Part shown: in pieces, positions 48,446 to 55,591 of the stretch | Layout: each line of letters starts with the position of its first letter | How positions within the stretch are numbered: the stretch's first letter is position 1 | Virus record (IMG/VR): IMGVR_UViG_3300027804_000039 | Span: 1-64,000 of that record | Direction: 5' to 3' (one strand) | Origin: a virus | Length of the DNA stretch: 64,000 bases | The notes under the pieces: generated by a model | Told to the model about the DNA's origin: nothing | Seen by the model: the letters and a program-made list of their open reading frames with translations, nothing else | Database searches by the model: none | Translations under genes and position numbers: made by a program

Positions 48446-48523
48446 TGGTCTCCATGGTAGGATTCGAACCTACAGCCTCCTGACTCCAGATCAGGCCGTC
48501 TACCAGATTGACATTACACAGAG
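48446..48523 (-). tRNA. atypical tRNA-Pro(TGG)
   Basis: Loop TCTGGAG (C33 instead of U33). Confidence 0.75.
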
Positions 48524-48529
48524 ATAACT

Positions 48530-48604
48530 TGGTGGAGACCGAGGGAATCGAACCCTTCTAGACATCTTCCTTGCAAGGGAAGACCGTAGCCCACTACTGC
48601 CCCC
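48530..48604 (-). tRNA. atypical tRNA-Ala(TGC)
   Basis: Loop CTTGCAA, G3-U70, 4-nt D loop. Confidence 0.75.
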
Positions 48605-48614
48605 AAATTCTTTT

Positions 48615-48692
48615 TGGCACCCCAGGAAGGACTCGAACCTCCGACTCCCACGTTCGTAGCGTAGTACTCTTATTCCTCTGAGTTACTGGGGT
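48615..48692 (-). tRNA. tRNA-Arg(ACG)
   Basis: Loop CTACGAA. Confidence 0.88.
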
Positions 48693-48698
48693 ATAAAT

Positions 48699-48776
48699 TG
48701 GAGTAGGGAGTCGGATTCGAACCGACGGCTTTAGAGTTTTGCAGACTCTTGCATTGGGCCTCTCTGCCATCCCTAC
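48699..48776 (-). tRNA. tRNA-Cys(GCA)
   Basis: Loop CTGCAAA, U73. Confidence 0.92.
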
Positions 48777-48783
48777 ATAATAT

Positions 48784-48858
48784 TGGCGCCGTAGACGAGA
48801 ATCGAACTCGCCTTAGTCGGATAGACAATCCGTTGCCCTCCCAGAGAACTACTACGGC
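48784..48858 (-). tRNA. atypical tRNA-Asp(GTC)
   Basis: Loop TTGTCTA (U37), G73. Confidence 0.78.
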
Positions 48859-48862
48859 ATGT

Positions 48863-48936
48863 TGGTATCGCGTACGGGGATCGAACCCGCCTGATCAGGT
48901 TGAAAGCCTGAGGACCTCCCAGAAGTCTAACGCGAT
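48863..48936 (-). tRNA. tRNA-Glu(TTC), second copy
   Basis: Loop CTTTCAA. Confidence 0.85.
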
Positions 48937-48945
48937 ATAAAAAAA

Positions 48946-49005
48946 CAGGATACATTTTCTTTTTTCACCAATTGAAAGTTGAATAAAGTTTGCTGTGAGT
49001 ATCCT
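48946..49005 (-). ncRNA. minimal Y-like RNA Y9
   Basis: AGGAUAC-UCA-CAGCAA ... GUAUCCUG. Confidence 0.6.
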
Positions 49006-49011
49006 TAAACT

Positions 49012-49085
49012 TGGCAGGGGCATTAGGGATCGAACCTAAACTAACAGAGTCAAAGTCTGTTGTGCTACCATTACACAATGCCCCA
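49012..49085 (-). tRNA. tRNA-Gln(TTG)
   Basis: Loop CTTTGAC. Confidence 0.9.
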
Positions 49086-49091
49086 ACAAAT

Positions 49092-49169
49092 TGGCTGTGC
49101 GTCTAGGAATCGAACCCAGCTCATTCTTCGTTAACAGCGAAGCGCCTACACCTTGCTTGCTCACGCACA
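49092..49169 (-). tRNA. tRNA-Asn(GTT), second copy
   Basis: Loop CTGTTAA, G73, divergent D arm. Confidence 0.85.
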
Positions 49170-49176
49170 ATAAATT

Positions 49177-49250
49177 TGGTTCCCAGAACAAGAATCGAAC
49201 TTGTAATGACCGGTTATCAGCCGATTGTTATACCATTTAACTATCCGGGA
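49177..49250 (-). tRNA. tRNA-Ile(GAT)
   Basis: Loop CTGATAA. Confidence 0.9.
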
Positions 49251-49255
49251 ATAAT

Positions 49256-49344
49256 TGGTGGAGCCTGAAGGAATCGAACCTAATTGCCAACCACCCTACA
49301 TATTAAGGCAACGGATTTACAGTCCGCCGTAGGGATCAAGCTCC
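49256..49344 (-). tRNA. atypical tRNA-Tyr(GTA) lacking a D arm
   Basis: Loop CTGTAAA; D region is only GATCCCTACG; long V arm. Confidence 0.7.
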
Positions 49345-49363
49345 AAAATTTTCACACACTCTT

Positions 49364-49461
49364 TAGAATGTGTCGTATAAAATAAGCTAGTTCATCCCGT
49401 CAAGGGGGAAACGTTATACGATTCCTAACTTGCTTTATACGCTACCTTTTTACACATTCTA
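49364..49461 (-). ncRNA. unassigned structured element
   Basis: Stacked 10-bp and 8-bp helices (49364-81 with 49434-61). Confidence 0.4.
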
Positions 49462-49557
49462 GTTATCGCCTAGAACTTACCATCCGGTAGGCCGCCCACA
49501 TTAAGCCGATGTTTTAAGTGCCAGCAGGGTCGCGTTCCCTATACACACTTTTTGCGA

Positions 49558-49722
49558 TTATTCGTGCTCTACGAGCTCGTCTTTTCGCTTGTGAAATGCT
49601 TCATAATAAGCCTTTGCACGTATAAACTTATTTTCAATAAGCCTTTCGAGCTCATCTTCACTAAGTTCATGCCTGGCTAAAAATTCAGCATCTCTTTGTT
49701 TTCTAAAATCTAAAGTTTCCAT
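49558..49722 (-). CDS. small charged hypothetical protein (54 aa)
   Basis: METLDFRKQRDAEFLARHE...; AGGA SD; first gene after the attenuator. Confidence 0.55.
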   Translation of the reverse strand: METLDFRKQRDAEFLARHELSEDELERLIENKFIRAKAYYEAFHKRKDELVEHE

Positions 49723-49739
49723 TTCAAATCCTACAAAAC

Positions 49740-49767
49740 AAAAAACCCTGGGTGTTTAGTCCAGGGT
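49740..49767 (-). terminator. intrinsic terminator of the attenuator
   Basis: ACCCUGG-9nt-CCAGGGU followed by a U run; 5' arm shared with the antiterminator. Confidence 0.8.
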
Positions 49768-49823
49768 CCTTTTAAAGTTTGAGTGTTAGTTTATGTTAAC
49801 TTACACTATCCTCCAAGGACCCT
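49763..49823 (-). promoter_or_regulatory. antiterminator hairpin
   Basis: AGGGUCCUU (49815-23) pairs with AAGGACCCU (49763-71); upper stem AGUGUAAGUU/AACUAACACU contains the leader stop codon. Confidence 0.7.
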
Positions 49824-49954
49824 ACGGTAATCTCAGGTGTACGATCATTACCTAGACTGCCGGTACTAAACTGTGACCAATAGGCAGACATACATGCCGG
49901 CACTTTGGCTACTTGTTTAGATATCAGTTGTCTATGTAAACTGTTCGTTTTCAT
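49796..49954 (-). CDS. candidate attenuator leader peptide (52 aa, all 20 amino acids)
   Basis: MKTNSLHRQLISKQVAKVPACMSAYWSQFSTGSLGNDRTPEITVGSLEDSVS; lies between promoter and terminator. Confidence 0.65.
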   Translation of the reverse strand: MKTNSLHRQLISKQVAKVPACMSAYWSQFSTGSLGNDRTPEITVGSLEDSVS

Positions 49955-50010
49955 TTTTTGTTTCTCTTCATTACCTTAAAAAATTGTAGCGGAATTGCTA
50001 CTGTTTCGTT

Positions 50011-50039
50011 ATTGTAACGTCTTTCAACGCTACTGTCAA
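50011..50039 (-). promoter_or_regulatory. sigma70-type promoter at the head of the tRNA array
   Basis: TTGACA-17-TACAAT. Confidence 0.8.
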
Positions 50040-50059
50040 CAACTTTTTGAAATATTTTT

Positions 50060-50077
50060 TGTTGTATTTTTACAACA
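50060..50077. promoter_or_regulatory. palindromic operator-like site, copy 3
   Basis: TGTTGTA-TTTT-TACAACA. Confidence 0.5.
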
Positions 50078-50110
50078 GTTGCTACTTCACTAACTTGCTG
50101 ACTGAACCTT

Positions 50111-50139
50111 ATTGTATAGTTATTTAGTCTCTGTGTCAA
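50111..50139 (-). promoter_or_regulatory. second tandem sigma70-type promoter
   Basis: TTGACA-17-TACAAT. Confidence 0.7.
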
Positions 50140-50246
50140 CCTCTATTTGCATTTTTGAGCAAAAAAGATTCACCAACTATCTAACTAGTCTCGATTGTAT
50201 AGTATATATGCCTATGTGTCAAGACCGGTACGGAAATGTTGTTTTT

Positions 50247-50603
50247 TTACGACATTTGACTGTCTCCGGGCAGAACACGATAGTTGTCCTCTGCAGAGTC
50301 TGCTGTACTTACTTCTATTATAGTACCTTCTTCAAAACAAATCAACTGGTGCGGACTCATTGGAGGGTTGTGCCACACATCACCTGCTTTGAGTTCTTGT
50401 ATAGACTGCTGTGCGTTTTTGGTATTGATGAATCTCAATTCAAATCGTCCGCTTAACACGTACCAAGTTTCATCCTTGTCCTTGTGAAAGTGCATACTAA
50501 ATCTTGCACCAGCTTTGAAGTTTAAGAATTTACCACAGTACTTGTCTGTGTTTGCCCATATAACTTCTTCGCCCCATCCTTTTGGTACATGTCCTGTTTT
50601 CAT
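50247..50603 (-). CDS. cupin protein (sugar isomerase-like)
   Basis: KGWGEE, SMHFH..KDETW, HNPP..PHQ, EVST. Confidence 0.8.
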   Translation of the reverse strand: MKTGHVPKGWGEEVIWANTDKYCGKFLNFKAGARFSMHFHKDKDETWYVLSGRFELRFINTKNAQQSIQELKAGDVWHNPPMSPHQLICFEEGTIIEVSTADSAEDNYRVLPGDSQMS

Positions 50604-51358
50604 CGTATTTCCTCTAGTCTAGGAGCATAGCATCCTAGGTGTTGTACTGTTACTGCGGCAGCTCGGTTGGCAAATTCTATGGCTACTTTTATGTCCTTTG
50701 TTTCCAAGTACATGTAGGTCAGTGCTGATAAAAATGTGTCGCCTGCTCCTGTCACATCAATAACTTCTACTCTTGGAGCAGACGACTTAAACTCGTGATG
50801 CTTTGCTTCAGCACCATTTGCTCCTAGTGTAACAATAAGTCCCGAGCATTCTGAAGTAATTTTACTGTATTCTACTTCGTTTATCTTAACCCAAGCGCCT
50901 TGAAATCTTTCCAAGTTAGTTTTTTTAGTGTCTACAAATACAGGAACACGACTTTCGATAGCCTGTTCTATTAGTTCATAGGTAACAGTTCCTTTACCGT
51001 AGTCAGCAACAACAATAGCATCATAGTCCTTGAACATATCAGCTGTCATTAATAGTGGAACGCTGTGTGCATCTTCGTCTACCCTAAGGACTTGTTGTTT
51101 GCTACGACTGTCAATAAATCTAGTTTTTCTACTTATTTCGCCTGTTTTTAGTGTTACACTACAGCCCAGTGCTATCAAGTTGTTAAACACATTACCAACC
51201 ATGCCTGGCTTTCCAATGGACTGTGTTGGGCTAAAAACTGGTACAGGTGCTTCTGGGCTAATCCTGTCTACCGTTCCAAATTGATAAACATCAAGTCCGT
51301 TGTCGCCTATCAATAATATGTTGTATTGTTTTGGTTGTTGAATGTTCTGTTCTGTCAT
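50600..51358 (-). CDS. PfkB-family kinase, HldE/RfaE kinase-domain-like
   Basis: DRISPEAPVPV, DYGKG, DVTGAGDT. Confidence 0.88.
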   Translation of the reverse strand: MTEQNIQQPKQYNILLIGDNGLDVYQFGTVDRISPEAPVPVFSPTQSIGKPGMVGNVFNNLIALGCSVTLKTGEISRKTRFIDSRSKQQVLRVDEDAHSVPLLMTADMFKDYDAIVVADYGKGTVTYELIEQAIESRVPVFVDTKKTNLERFQGAWVKINEVEYSKITSECSGLIVTLGANGAEAKHHEFKSSAPRVEVIDVTGAGDTFLSALTYMYLETKDIKVAIEFANRAAAVTVQHLGCYAPRLEEIR

Positions 51359-51692
51359 AATAAATTACTTTCTGGCAATAAGTTTCTCCGATGACACTTT
51401 TGCCTCGATAATCACTACCTTTTACCATTGTACAGCCTTTAACGATTTCAATCAATTCTTCCGGTGAATTGAAAAGTTCTACTCGATCAACCGCCTTGAG
51501 ATTTTCCAAAAATAATTTTCTATCATTTTGGTTATTGATTGGGCGATCAGGGCCCTTGAGCTGTTGGACACGTTCGTCCGTGTCTATTGCTACAATAAGA
51601 AAATCCCCGAGCGATCTAGCATAGTTTAACAACGCCAAATGCCCAGGGTGTAATATATCAAAAGTTCCGTTGACTACTATTTTCTTCATCAA
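51291..51692 (-). CDS. cytidylyltransferase-family protein, HldE adenylyltransferase-domain-like
   Basis: NGTFDILHPGH, KGPDRPIN, VKGSDY, STT. Confidence 0.88.
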   Translation of the reverse strand: MMKKIVVNGTFDILHPGHLALLNYARSLGDFLIVAIDTDERVQQLKGPDRPINNQNDRKLFLENLKAVDRVELFNSPEELIEIVKGCTMVKGSDYRGKSVIGETYCQKVIYYDRTEHSTTKTIQHIIDRRQRT

Positions 51693-51895
51693 CTATTTAC
51701 GGCTATTATCGATTCATCACGTACATTGTGATTTCGAATCCATAGCGCATTTCAACTGCTTCTGGTTTGGTCCACATAGTATTTCTCCTTTGATTAACAA
51801 ATTAACATACTGTCTGTGTAACTGTATGTATCTGTATTGTACAGGAGAAATACCCTGTTTCACATACTGAAAATCATTAATCTTGTATCACAAAA

Positions 51896-52414
51896 TTAAC
51901 TATTCAAAACCTTAGCCACTGCATTCATTACTGAGGCAATACGACCAATGTCACGAAGTTGTTCTACTGTGTAGCCTTCCTTCTTGAGTGTGTCGTAGTG
52001 TGCCTTAACACAGAAATGGCACTTGCCAACAATACTTGCGGCAAGACTGAACGCTTCAAAGTTTGCCTTTGTAGTTCCACCATGACTAGCAATAGCGTTC
52101 ATGCGTAACTGTGCTGGCAATCCTTTTAGTTGTTCATCATCAGCCATTTCAATATACGGATACCATACATTGTTCTGTGCCATGATGCTTGCGGCACACA
52201 TAGCTGACTCTGCGTGTACTGGAGCATCGGCTAACATAACAGCCAATACCTTACCGTTACCAGTTGCGGCCAGTGCGGCTACAGCACAACCCATAGCCAC
52301 ATCTGCATCCAATGTGCTACGCAAAAGGACAGCGTCCAAGTTTAACTTAGTGTCCTTTGCGTATTCTGGCAACGCTTCTTTAATCGATTCAATAAAACTC
52401 ATTTTCGTCCCCAT
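51896..52414 (-). CDS. ahpD: alkyl hydroperoxide reductase AhpD
   Basis: LPEYAKDTKLNL, MAQNNVWY, SIVGKCHFCVKAH. Confidence 0.92.
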   Translation of the reverse strand: MGTKMSFIESIKEALPEYAKDTKLNLDAVLLRSTLDADVAMGCAVAALAATGNGKVLAVMLADAPVHAESAMCAASIMAQNNVWYPYIEMADDEQLKGLPAQLRMNAIASHGGTTKANFEAFSLAASIVGKCHFCVKAHYDTLKKEGYTVEQLRDIGRIASVMNAVAKVLNS

Positions 52415-52599
52415 TTAATATTTGCCCAAAGTCTATCATACAAATAGTATGACGTCATCCAGACACAATTTATAACGATAGTAGGAACAAGGGCCTGTGT
52501 TAGACTTTGTCCTGTTATTAACAACATCACATAGGTTGAGCATATGACCCAAATTCTATAGATGATAGTCTTGACTAAGGTCCTTGTCCTAGTTTCCAT
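52399..52599 (-). CDS. DUF2061-like small membrane protein
   Basis: RTLVKTIIYR...YYLYDRLWANIKWG. Confidence 0.7.
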   Translation of the reverse strand: METRTRTLVKTIIYRIWVICSTYVMLLITGQSLTQALVPTIVINCVWMTSYYLYDRLWANIKWGRK

Positions 52600-53132
52600 T
52601 AAAGTGTTTCGCCGCCTACTGAACGATTACAAGCACATAGCTCGCCAGTTTGTAGAGCATCTAAAACACGAAGTGTTTCTTCTGGACTACGACCGACGTT
52701 CAAGTTATTGACAGTAACGTGTTGAATAACGCCTTCTGGATCAACAATAAATGTTGCGCGAAGTGCTGCACCTGCTGGAGCATAGAATACACCAAGCTGA
52801 TTAATCAGGCTGAGATCACCACGTTGTGTGTCTGCAAATTGTGTATGTGTAATCTTAGCAAGATCAGGATGAGCTTTTTGCCATGCAAGTTTACAGAACT
52901 CGTTGTCTGTAGAGCCTGTTAGCAAAACAGCATCACGGTCTTTGAAATCATTTGCCAACTTGTCATAGGCAACGATTTCAGTTGGACATACGAATGTGAA
53001 GTCCTTTGGGTAATATACAATCACTTTCCACTTGCCTGCGAAAGATTCGTCAGTAATGTCAAAGAATTGATCACTACCTGGGTTAACGCCTGTTACGGCA
53101 AACTTTTCAATTTTATCACCAACTGTTTTCAT
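52599..53132 (-). CDS. ahpC: peroxiredoxin AhpC
   Basis: YYPKDFTFVCPTE, GRSPEETLRVLDALQTGELC. Confidence 0.95.
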   Translation of the reverse strand: MKTVGDKIEKFAVTGVNPGSDQFFDITDESFAGKWKVIVYYPKDFTFVCPTEIVAYDKLANDFKDRDAVLLTGSTDNEFCKLAWQKAHPDLAKITHTQFADTQRGDLSLINQLGVFYAPAGAALRATFIVDPEGVIQHVTVNNLNVGRSPEETLRVLDALQTGELCACNRSVGGETL

Positions 53133-53278
53133 AATATCTCCTTTTGTGTGTGTTTGAAAACTTTTAGAACACGTTGTTCATGTTCTTATTATAATAGTAT
53201 TTAACTATAAAATCAAGCATTTTATTGATTTTTTCTATGGTATTTTTCAATGAGTATAATTGAAAAAATCAATAACCT

Positions 53279-53815
53279 TTAGCTATATTCATATGGTGTA
53301 CTAGGGTGTCCATAGTCCACTGGTATATCTCCTTTGAAATTATCGTAGTCTTGATAATATCCTTCATTTGGTTTGAGCTCTCTCCAATCATCGTATTTGA
53401 TTCGGGCAAGTAATACTTCATTCTTGCTTAGTAAATCGCAAACAATAAATGAACTAGCACATGCACCTCTAATAGTTTTAATTGGGGCATGTTTATATTC
53501 GTTGGCCAATAAAGCCTTGTGCATTTGACTACCATGTCTAGCCATAATGCGAGTAATACCTAATTTTTGATTACGTAAACGGAACTTATCGTAAATTGTA
53601 AGTTCTGCTAATGTAGCTTCGTTGTTGTCGTTGACACGCAACAATGCGTTCTTAACTTTGATGCTACCTTTGGTATGACTGTTATCGGGTGTTTCCTTAG
53701 TACTCCAAGGCAACTGACAGTCTACGTGATTGACATACAATGTTTCCCCATGAAATTTTAAGACCCACATGGGAATGGTTTGGTCTTCTAAGTGTTTTTT
53801 GTTAAAATGGAACAC
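53279..53815 (-). CDS. hypothetical protein
   Basis: 178 aa ORF. Confidence 0.55.
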   Translation of the reverse strand: MFHFNKKHLEDQTIPMWVLKFHGETLYVNHVDCQLPWSTKETPDNSHTKGSIKVKNALLRVNDNNEATLAELTIYDKFRLRNQKLGITRIMARHGSQMHKALLANEYKHAPIKTIRGACASSFIVCDLLSKNEVLLARIKYDDWRELKPNEGYYQDYDNFKGDIPVDYGHPSTPYEYS

Positions 53816-53852
53816 TACATCCTTACAAGCATATTCAATCTATTTTGACATT

Positions 53853-54086
53853 TTACATCTCCTTTAAAATTTTAATGTCTTTGTGTTTGACGATTATAAT
53901 AGTATTTACTTTGTTGTTAAACTTGATAGGTAAATCTGAATGTACTAAGATATGATCTTTTTCTCTGTCGGCAACAATGCTACCGATAAACGGAATTTTA
54001 TTCCAATATCCAAAGACACGAGTATTACGTTCCCACTTTGGTTTATAGTGGTCTAGTTTGGCAAAGTATTCTGCTAAGTTTGTCAT
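53853..54086 (-). CDS. hypothetical protein
   Basis: 77 aa, overlaps upstream gene. Confidence 0.5.
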   Translation of the reverse strand: MTNLAEYFAKLDHYKPKWERNTRVFGYWNKIPFIGSIVADREKDHILVHSDLPIKFNNKVNTIIIVKHKDIKILKEM

Positions 54087-54724
54087 TTTCTTATTATACT
54101 ATCAACAAAATCTAATAGCAACTGATGTTGGCGGCCTTGGTGATATTTTCCCCGCATCCAACTATAATTTTCGTACCAATGGTTTTCACTTTCGGGATGA
54201 CAACCAATAAGTCCAGTTCGATTTTGTATGATGGCCATAGCATCACCGTTTGCGTATGTAGCTACAGTTTCAAAATTTCCGTTGCCTACTAACGCACAAC
54301 CGTCATAGAAGTACATCTTTGTAGGTTGTCCTCTCCATGTTATATCTATGTTTTTAGCATGTGGCCTGCGTGTATCAGTTTTTGGTCGTGTAATATATTG
54401 TTCTGCATCAACACCTTCTAGTATGTCCAGATAGTATTGCCCTGCCCAGTATGCGCCCATGCATATACCCAAGTAGGCTCCGCCTTGCTGGACAAATTCT
54501 TTGATCCGTGTTCCGTTTTCACTTAGTAGATAGTCAAAACTTTCTGCATCTCCAAAGCCGCCCGGTATGCAGACCATATCTACATCGTCAAAAAAATCCG
54601 CCTCTAGTTCATGGCGGGTAAAAATCTTAAAAGAATAGAAAGGGCTAAGTGCTCGCATAATACCGTTTCCACTCTGTACTGAGCACTTGGGCTGGTGTAA
54701 AAATAATGCAATTTTACCCTTCAT
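54083..54724 (-). CDS. class I glutamine-amidotransferase-like (BPL_N) protein
   Basis: IPGG, YLGICMGAY, GCHPE. Confidence 0.8.
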   Translation of the reverse strand: MKGKIALFLHQPKCSVQSGNGIMRALSPFYSFKIFTRHELEADFFDDVDMVCIPGGFGDAESFDYLLSENGTRIKEFVQQGGAYLGICMGAYWAGQYYLDILEGVDAEQYITRPKTDTRRPHAKNIDITWRGQPTKMYFYDGCALVGNGNFETVATYANGDAMAIIQNRTGLIGCHPESENHWYENYSWMRGKYHQGRQHQLLLDFVDSIIRK

Positions 54725-54738
54725 GACGTATTTATCGA

Positions 54739-54746
54739 TATAAATA
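54739..54746 (+). promoter_or_regulatory. T4-like late promoter motif
   Basis: TATAAATA immediately before the riboswitch. Confidence 0.5.
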
Positions 54747-54835
54747 GTTGCGGGGAGTAGTTAACCTGAAAAGGTTCTAAATATCGTCAACACGGCATCA
54801 GCCCGGTATTTGGACAAAGAGACGAGACCATAACT
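54746..54835 (+). promoter_or_regulatory. yybP-ykoY (Mn2+) riboswitch
   Basis: GGGGAGUAG ... UCGUCAACA ... GAGACC core, P1 AGUUG.GG/CC.UAACU, directly upstream of a TerC gene. Confidence 0.8.
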
Positions 54836-54850
54836 TTTAAAGGAAAAATT

Positions 54851-55540
54851 ATGGAACTCTTTACGCTCCAAGCCCTTTGGGCATTTCTCGCTATCATTTT
54901 GATAGACATTGTATTAGCCGGTGATAACGCTCTTGTTATTGGAATGGCGGCTAATAAATTACCAGATCACTTACGCAAGAAGGCAATCTTTTGGGGTACC
55001 TTTGGTGCTATTGCTATACGATTTGTATCAGTGGCGGCACTAACATATCTATTAATGATTCCAGGCCTACGTGCTATTGGTGCCGCGGCATTGATATGGA
55101 TTGGTTGGAAACTAGTATTCAATAATGAAGAACATAACATTGAAGCCAAGGATACCTTCTGGGGAGCAATTGGTACCATTGTAGTTGCTGATGCTGTTAT
55201 GGGTATAGACAACGCACTAGGTATTGCCGCAGCCGCTAACGGAAGTTTTGTTCTAGTCATTGCTGGATTACTAATCAGTGTGCCAATTATTTTGTTTGGT
55301 GCTACTATGGTCAGCAAGATTCTACAACGTTGGCCTGACACTGTATTTGTAGGATCATTTGTACTATTTGCTGTTGCCATGTTAATGTTAATGAAAGAAC
55401 CATTAATGGCTGGATGGTGGGCAGGACTTGTTCCTTGGGCCGCGGCTATCGTGCCTTGGGCAGTTGCTCTTGTTATAACATTTGTTCAGTATAACAAAGC
55501 AAGACTACATCTACATAAAAGATATTTGTTTAAGTCATAA
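54851..55540 (+). CDS. TerC-family (YjbE/Alx-like) membrane protein
   Basis: IDIVLAGDNALVI, ADAVMGIDNAL, GLLISVPII. Confidence 0.92.
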   Translation: MELFTLQALWAFLAIILIDIVLAGDNALVIGMAANKLPDHLRKKAIFWGTFGAIAIRFVSVAALTYLLMIPGLRAIGAAALIWIGWKLVFNNEEHNIEAKDTFWGAIGTIVVADAVMGIDNALGIAAAANGSFVLVIAGLLISVPIILFGATMVSKILQRWPDTVFVGSFVLFAVAMLMLMKEPLMAGWWAGLVPWAAAIVPWAVALVITFVQYNKARLHLHKRYLFKS

Positions 55541-55560
55541 AAAAGCCCCTTCGGGGGCTA
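55539..55560. terminator. terminator between convergent genes
   Basis: AGCCCC-TTCG-GGGGCT with a flanking A run. Confidence 0.7.
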
Positions 55561-55591
55561 GCCAATAATTTATCCTATTTTACGCCATTGG

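Noticed and set aside
49740-49954. T-box riboswitch interpretation of the leader
   Set aside because: No AAUUAGAG/GGUGGNACCGCG T-box or specifier-loop motifs; an ORF-coupled attenuator fits better.
49951-50139. 62-aa minus-strand ORF upstream of the leader
   Set aside because: It starts within the -35 box at 50139 and runs across the second promoter and the palindrome; better explained as regulatory DNA.
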